This document shows positions 60,905 to 64,000 of a stretch of 64,000 bases of DNA, piece by piece (the first letter of the stretch is position 1; every line of letters begins with the position of its first letter). The stretch lies in NCBI GenBank assembly GCA_965140585.1, contig OZ223265.1, forward strand, positions 192,001 to 256,000, in the 5' to 3' direction. Under the pieces are notes generated by a model, which worked only from the letters and a program-made list of their open reading frames with translations, did no database searches and was not told the DNA's origin. The translations under genes were made by a program, and so were the position numbers. The DNA is from Spirochaetia bacterium. GTDB lineage: Bacteria; Spirochaetota; Spirochaetia; UBA9216.

Positions 60905-61399
60905 ATGGGAAAAATACTTGTTTTATACTACAGCTTTGAAGGAAGCACAAAAAAGATGGCGGAAGCGGCAGCCGAGTCAATACATGCGGATATTTCAGAA
61001 ATACGTACTGTGAAAGAATCTCAGCCCAGAGGGCTGGCAAAGTTTATCTGGGGAGGCAGCCAGGTGATGATGAAAAAGCTCCCTGAAATAAAAGCGCTTG
61101 ATAAGAATCCTATGGAATATGATCTGATTTTCATCGGGACACCGGTCTGGGCAGGCTCTGTTTCACCTCCTGTAAACACAGTGTTTTCAAAAAATATAAT
61201 AACAGGAAAAAACATTGCTTTGTTCTACTGTCACCTCGGAGGTGCTGAAAAAGTTATTGAACGTTTCAGTGAAGTACTGGGAAGCAATACACTTATTTCA
61301 TCACAGGAGTGTGTGAATGTTGAGAAGATTCCTGATATTGCCGCAGCCGAAATTACGAGCTGGGCAAAAAAGCTTGCGAACGGCATAAGAGTCGGCTGA
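60905..61399 (+). CDS. flavodoxin family protein
   Basis: YYSFEGST phosphate loop; IGTPVWAG. Confidence 0.9.
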   Translation: MGKILVLYYSFEGSTKKMAEAAAESIHADISEIRTVKESQPRGLAKFIWGGSQVMMKKLPEIKALDKNPMEYDLIFIGTPVWAGSVSPPVNTVFSKNIITGKNIALFYCHLGGAEKVIERFSEVLGSNTLISSQECVNVEKIPDIAAAEITSWAKKLANGIRVG

Positions 61400-61553
61400 C
61401 TGAATGTTAATATGGAATAAGCCCGTTCTCTATTCAGTTCATGCAGCGTCAATATTATTAAAGCTGTAGGAAACAGATTGACCATAGGTCATTATTATAT
61501 AAACAAAGTTTACTTCTGCAGCAAAGTATAATCTGCTTATATATGCTTCCGCT

Positions 61554-61704
61554 CAGGGCGCCCGCCCCCGGCAGGCATGAGAAATTTAATGAGCCGGAGA
61601 TTCAGGACCTTCCATAGCCTGGATGAAGATTCCCGGCAACTGAACATCACCCCTGCTGCTTAACGCAGAGAAGTTGATTGTGCCGTCACGGGTGCAACCG
61701 CCTG
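61554..61704. ncRNA. candidate structured RNA (unassigned)
   Basis: GC-rich island in an AT-rich spacer with nested complementary segments; TATAAT at 61527-61532; no family recognised. Confidence 0.3.
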
Positions 61705-61856
61705 TAAATCTCCAGTCATTTGTAACAGAAACAATAATCTCTACATGTCTTCTAAGCATATCGGAGTATAAATCATCATCTTCAAAATAAATTAAATAAC
61801 ATTAGACCTGCAGCACTTACTGAATCACCGTGAATAATCGCATATTATTCTGCTAT

Positions 61857-62540
61857 ATGAACTTTTACACCGATACATACCCCGATATTTCATCACTTCC
61901 CAAATCTGAAAGACCCCGGGAACTGCTTTTTGAACACGGCCCCGAATATCTGAGTGATGTCCAGCTTATGGCAATAATGCTTGGGTCGGGCTCAAAGGGA
62001 AACAATGTGATCAAACTTTCGCAGTCAGTTCTGGAACTGTATAATGAAAATCCTGTTGATACGGTAATGCCCGAAACCTTGATGAGGGTAAACGGGCTTG
62101 GAACAGCTAAAACAGCCCAGCTTTCAGCGGCAATTGAGTTTGCCAGAAGAAGAATCAAACCTCTTGCCAAACGGATCTCATCACCTGCCGATGCGGCTCC
62201 CCTTCTTTATTATTATGCTTCGAGCAAGAAAGAGCATTTTCTCTGCATTTCACTTAACGGAGCACATGAAGTAATTGCTCTGAGAGTTGTGTCCATGGGA
62301 ACTCTGAACCGGACGATAGTACACCCCCGTGAGGTTTTTGCCGATCCTATTAAGGAACATGCAGCTGGAATCATCTGCGCCCACAATCACCCTTCAGGAA
62401 ATACCGAGCCGAGCAGGGAGGATATTGAGCTTACCGAGAGGTTAAAAAAAGCAGGCGATATCCTGGGGATAGGCCTGCTGGACCATCTGATTATCTCGGA
62501 AACCGGTTTCTACAGTTTTTCCGAACACGGGCTTATTTGA
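61857..62540 (+). CDS. radC: RadC (JAB/MPN domain) protein
   Basis: RPRELL, VHPREVF, AHNHPSG, PSREDI, LLDHLII. Confidence 0.95.
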   Translation: MNFYTDTYPDISSLPKSERPRELLFEHGPEYLSDVQLMAIMLGSGSKGNNVIKLSQSVLELYNENPVDTVMPETLMRVNGLGTAKTAQLSAAIEFARRRIKPLAKRISSPADAAPLLYYYASSKKEHFLCISLNGAHEVIALRVVSMGTLNRTIVHPREVFADPIKEHAAGIICAHNHPSGNTEPSREDIELTERLKKAGDILGIGLLDHLIISETGFYSFSEHGLI

Positions 62541-62582
62541 TAAAGCATGAAATACAATTAGGTCATCGTTTAGAATATGATA

Positions 62583-64000
62583 CTAATCAGTTATATTTCC
62601 ATTGCGATAATTGACTGTACATCCATTAGCAATCAACTGATTGATAACAGACAGGTTGGCTGTACCGGTTTCAGAAGTTAAATCCATTCCATTGTACATA
62701 ACATCCAGATGACTTAATCCGTTTAAGTTACTCAAAACTGATATATCCGAAATGTTATTGTACCTCAGGGTAAGGGTTGTCAGAGCTTTCAAACCGGCTA
62801 ATCCCGATATATCAGAGATGTCATTATTATTTAAATACAGAGACTTCAGTTTCTTTAAAGTGGACAGAGCGGAAACATCAGATATATTATTTGAATAAAG
62901 ATATAAATTTGTAAGATCCGTTAATTTAGACAGCCATGAAATGTCGGATATATTATTAATACCTAAAGATAACGAAGTTAATCTTTTCAACCCGGACAGA
63001 TACTTTATCTCTTCGATACTGTTATCTCCGAGAGAAAGACTTTGGAGGTTTATCAGATTTGCCAGAGGACTTAAATCCTGAATGCTGTTAACATCGGCAG
63101 TAAGATATTCCAATTTTGTTAAATTTCTCAACGGGCTTATATTAATTATGTCATTCTGGTCAATTATCAAATAATTAATATTTGTCAGACTGTTTATAAA
63201 TGTTAAATCAGTAATTCCTGAATTATCCAGTCTCAAATCATTTAAGTTAGTTAAATCTGATAAATATGAAAAATCGTCTACAGGATTATCACTTAAGTTC
63301 AGCATTCGCAGAGAACTGCATGAAGAAATGGATGCTATATCTGTAATGCCACAATCTCCGAAGATAAGTGAGTCAAGTTTTTTTAGCTTTGATAGAAAAA
63401 CAGTATCTTCTATCGGTGAAAGGATTTCCAGATAAGTTAAATTCTGTAAATATCCAACAGGTGAAAAATCGGTAACAGATCCATCCAAACCTAGAGATAA
63501 GGAGTATAATGATCCGTGAAGTTTATTAAGAAAATCCAAATTATTCGGATAAATTATTAATAGAGACTTTAAATTTATCAAATATTCAATGCCCGAGTAA
63601 TCTGTCACTTCATTATAAAGATACAGAGCATCAACATCATTCAGATCATATGTATAGATGTCAGTTTTATCAAGTGAAGATTTTAATGAATTGTATAAAT
63701 TCATATCCGGGAATAATCCGCTGTCAACAGAATAGCCGATCTTCAAATCCCAGCTTTTCGAAAAAATTATATCATCCTCAAAAAACTGAGGATTTATAAT
63801 CAGACCAACCCAACCACGAGTAAAGTCAATCGGAGTTAATCCCGAAGTCAGCTCTTGAAAATTGGAATCAGTATGAGACCATGCGGAATTATCTTCATCA
63901 GTTCCATTAATTTCAAAATCTACGACAATAGAGCTTAAATCTATTCTATTCGGTAATTTTACTGTTATCGTATATTCATCTATATCCCCTTCTGAGTCAG
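62583..64000 (-). CDS. internalin-like leucine-rich-repeat protein (5' end outside window)
   Basis: 22-aa LxxLxLxxNxIxDIxxL repeats; I checked that the frame stays open from 63746 to the window edge, so the track start is not the true start. Confidence 0.9.
   Translation of the reverse strand, partial: DSEGDIDEYTITVKLPNRIDLSSIVVDFEINGTDEDNSAWSHTDSNFQELTSGLTPIDFTRGWVGLIINPQFFEDDIIFSKSWDLKIGYSVDSGLFPDMNLYNSLKSSLDKTDIYTYDLNDVDALYLYNEVTDYSGIEYLINLKSLLIIYPNNLDFLNKLHGSLYSLSLGLDGSVTDFSPVGYLQNLTYLEILSPIEDTVFLSKLKKLDSLIFGDCGITDIASISSCSSLRMLNLSDNPVDDFSYLSDLTNLNDLRLDNSGITDLTFINSLTNINYLIIDQNDIINISPLRNLTKLEYLTADVNSIQDLSPLANLINLQSLSLGDNSIEEIKYLSGLKRLTSLSLGINNISDISWLSKLTDLTNLYLYSNNISDVSALSTLKKLKSLYLNNNDISDISGLAGLKALTTLTLRYNNISDISVLSNLNGLSHLDVMYNGMDLTSETGTANLSVINQLIANGCTVNYRNGNITD

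Noticed and set aside
61554-61720. SAM-I (CCCGGCAAC), ZTP (TGACTGG) or SRP RNA matches
   Set aside because: Only isolated words match; the other required conserved segments are missing or in the wrong order.
61857-62540. radC as a marker of a mobile element
   Set aside because: It is the full-length chromosomal type with the N-terminal helical region, and no mobility genes are adjacent.
1-64000. CRISPR array, cas genes, transposases, rRNA, selenocysteine read-through
   Set aside because: No regularly spaced repeats, no such protein motifs, and no in-frame TGA splitting a recognisable gene were seen; the LRR periodicity is protein-level.

Overview
Chromosomal window from a spirochete, most likely a free-living Spirochaetaceae-like anaerobe. 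This is inferred from the RpoB/RpoC/Prs style and the FAAG-type binding-protein signal peptide. 1-10.1 kb is the core tRNA-Thr/rpmG/tRNA-Trp/secE/nusG/rplKAJL/rpoBC cluster on the minus strand. Housekeeping genes include an HD hydrolase, prs, a Na/Pi cotransporter, argH, clpB, a PrsW protease and tRNA-fMet. Two accessory metabolic regions stand out. (i) At 15.7-24.3 kb, a PucR-controlled divergon encodes a GntP-like permease, an unknown protein, two non-fumarate flavin reductases (one fused to a 2x[4Fe-4S] ferredoxin) and an orphan GltD-like subunit. (ii) At 35.3-52.1 kb, a sugar catabolism region has a sigma54 activator, an ABC importer, an FGGY kinase followed by an apparent FGGY pseudokinase, and a DeoR divergon resembling an Entner-Doudoroff route without a dehydratase. 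Non-coding highlights: a 179-bp structured mini-element integrated in tRNA-fMet, REP-like palindromes flanking the Na/Pi gene, a candidate attenuator overlapping a gene 3' end, likely leaderless mRNAs, and an unexplained GC-rich segment at 61.5 kb. No CRISPR array, transposase, integrase or rRNA was seen. All assignments come from reading motifs by eye; no searches were run.
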